Assembly: GCF_009914755.1 (NCBI RefSeq)
Contig: NC_060934.1
DNA length: 64,000 nt
DNA from: the human T2T-CHM13v2.0 reference genome, Homo sapiens
Strand: one strand, 5' to 3'
A program made the position numbers and the translations under genes. Below the pieces are notes generated by a model. The model saw nothing but the letters and a program-made list of their open reading frames with translations. It had not been told where the DNA came from and made no database searches. Positions 15,105 to 64,000 of this stretch are shown here, one piece after another. The stretch's first letter is position 1, and the number at the start of each line of letters is the position of its first letter.

Positions 15105-15360
15105 GGCTAGGCATGGGGGCTCACATCTGGAATCCCAGCAGTTTCGGAGGCTGAGGCAAGCAGATAGCTTGAGCCCAGGTGTTCAAGACCAGGATGAGCA
15201 ACATGATGAAATCCCATCTCTACAAAAAATAGCCAGGCAGTGTAGTGCACACCTGTAGTCCAGCTACTCTGGAGGCTGAGGTGGGCAGATTGCTTGAGCC
15301 GGGGGAAGTTGAGGCTGCAATGAGCTTTGATCTCACCACTGCACTCCAATTCTGAGACTG
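15105..15360 (+). mobile_element. AluJ (degenerate)
   Basis: Consensus. Confidence 0.85.
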
Positions 15361-15799
15361 GGGAGTATTGATTTGCCACTGACCTGAGCCCGGCTGATAG
15401 GGGCAGCAGGACAGACACTGTTACCTTAATCAAAGACATTCACGAAGCATTCTCACTGAAGATCTGCCCTAGTATCCTGCACAGCCACTTGCCTGGGTCT
15501 TTATAGGTAACAGGTAGACAGTCATCAAAGAGATAGGGGAAAACATGCACAATGAATTCTTTGCTCAGAAAAACCCTTCTGTGTCTTCTCCCACTTTTTC
15601 TAAATTTTTCCTGCTTTCATTTAGATCAAAGGATTTTGTTTCTTGGAATAGTTCTGCACTTGGTCCTTTAGAAAGGATGACAATTATCTGTAGGTCTCTC
15701 TGATTTTAAGATCAATAGAAATCAGCAAAAGCCAAAAAATAAAAAATAAAAATAAAATAAAAGCACACAAGCACATTCAAGCACATCCATCTGCCCCTG

Positions 15800-16066
15800 A
15801 CTTGTCCTCACAGTAAGCAACTGCTTCTGACTTTGCTGTTTGAATAACCTCTGGGTGTTCGATCCACCCACACAGCTCAAGTTTGAGCTCCAGAACAAAT
15901 ATTTGTCCCAATTTTGAACAAAGTTAGAGAGTTTTTTCTTCTTTTTTCTTCTTTCTTAAAGCGAACTGTACTCCTCTGCTGTTCCTTTGAACTTGGTTCA
16001 GTAGGAAGAAGTGATATCCTCCCCAGACCATCTGCTTTGGGGAGCTTGGCAAAACTGTCCAGCAAA
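15800..16066 (+). promoter_or_regulatory. ITIH2: ITIH2 proximal promoter/5' UTR with hepatocyte-type motifs
   Basis: TGACTTTG 15828-15835, palindromic FOXA-like ACAAATATTTGT 15895-15906, HNF4/DR1-like CAAAGTTA ~15919 and TGTTCCTTTGAACT ~15980; TSS not determinable from sequence. Confidence 0.6.
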
Positions 16067-62097
<46,031 letters not shown>

Positions 62098-62175
62098 AGG
62101 TTTATAGTTTGGGAAATTATATATATTAATATACATCTTTCCCCTGTCACTTTTGCAGATATTCTTCGGTTTGAA

Positions 62176-62235
62176 TAATTAAAATGAACCAGATATCAGG
62201 GTGGTTAATTAAAATGAACCAGATATCAGGGTGGT
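62176..62235 (+). repeat. Perfect 30-bp tandem duplication in the ITIH2 3' UTR
   Basis: TAATTAAAATGAACCAGATATCAGGGTGGT x2. Confidence 0.95.
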
Positions 62236-62263
62236 TTATAAAGCCTGTAAACACACCTAAGAA

Positions 62264-62269
62264 AATAAA
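62264..62269 (+). terminator. ITIH2: ITIH2 polyadenylation signal AATAAA
   Basis: AATAAA ~170 nt after the stop, followed by T/GT-rich downstream sequence. Confidence 0.85.
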
Positions 62270-62399
62270 CATTTTACAAATGAGCTTTTAGGATTTTGTT
62301 GCATTTTTAGATGCCGAAGTGTGTGGATCAAGGTGGTGCCGAGACAAGCCAGCGTCTGGAAGAGCCTTAAATTTGGTGTTTACTGTGATCATTTATTAA

Positions 62400-62696
<297 letters not shown>

Positions 62697-62997
62697 TGAT
62701 CATTTCACTGCTGTTGAGTCTCAGGTCCTCAACCTTGCAGATCGCGTCCATTTTTACACTGCTAGTTACATGGGAAGTACAATTATGAGAGGGTTATATG
62801 GTGAGCATAGAACAAGAAATGGGGGTTACTTGATCTTAGGTGCTTCGTAGAGATTTATACTAAAGCCCTGTTACCCTCTGTAGAGATTTATACTAAAGCA
62901 AGGATAGCCTTGCTATGGTGCCTGTGATAGCCCAGTATTTTTAGCCAAGATTCTCTTCATAGTGTTGGTCCCTGGGTCCCTTTTGAGTTTATGAGGC

Positions 62998-63560
<563 letters not shown>

Positions 63561-63744
63561 GCTAAATGAATTCTGAATCATAGTTCCAAATTCTCTGGAA
63601 GCCCTCTGTGTCTGTGAATCAAGTTTCACACAAATTTAATATACCTTGAACACAGCATCTTTTTTAGTACTCCTGGTAGAACTGTTATTTCATTTGCATT
63701 TAAACCATTTCTGAGTAATACCACTTACATGCTAAATCTTAGAC

Positions 63745-63750
63745 TTTATT
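63745..63750 (-). terminator. Minus-strand AATAAA, probable poly(A) signal of the convergent downstream gene (likely KIN long 3' UTR)
   Basis: TTTATT on + strand in AT-rich unique sequence; gene identity rests on recalled gene order only. Confidence 0.45.
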
Positions 63751-64000
63751 TCAAAATAAAGTAGTAAATTATGTTCTAACAAAAGACCAATGACATTTAT
63801 AAGGGAGAATAAAATAAGCAACAAATTTAAAGCGAAACTAGGTTACTTTATGCTGTCTGCATTTGTATAGTGGATTTTGGTGCTAAGATGCAAGTCTGAA
63901 CCAGTGTAATTCTGTGCTTTGCTGTGTTTACAACTTTCCTTAAAAAATCAATTCCTAAAATGAACGTATTTTCAAAAGTCAAATTGGTGAACTTGCACTT

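Overview
Human genomic DNA (Alu/L1/THE1-rich) containing the complete ITIH2 gene (inter-alpha-trypsin inhibitor heavy chain 2) on the + strand. I reconstructed 21 coding exons by hand from ATG 16067 to TAA 62095-62097. They sum to 2841 nt (946 aa + stop) with consistent phases: signal peptide, propeptide, VIT domain, vWA domain with MIDAS DVSGS, Pro/Ser/Thr-rich linker, and the N-D|PHFII cleavage site. Two introns (11 and 18) use GC donors. The first 16 kb is intergenic: L1, MaLR LTRs, a full-length THE1 element with intact TSD, and a liver-type promoter. The last ~300 nt probably contain the 3' end of the convergent neighbour gene (KIN, from recalled gene order). Long non-ITIH2 ORFs are repeat artefacts. 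I cannot support a new biological system here. The most interesting unannotated signals are DNA repair and retrotransposition scars (a fold-back plus 5.8-kb-distant templated insertion in an Alu, a second fold-back at the same Alu position, an Alu-internal 122-bp triplication, a tailless Alu with its empty site preserved), a G4 VNTR, an AT-rich VNTR with a palindrome, inverted-Alu brackets predicting circRNAs, and a bidirectional poly(A) element. Repeat boundaries and subfamily calls are approximate because they were made by eye.
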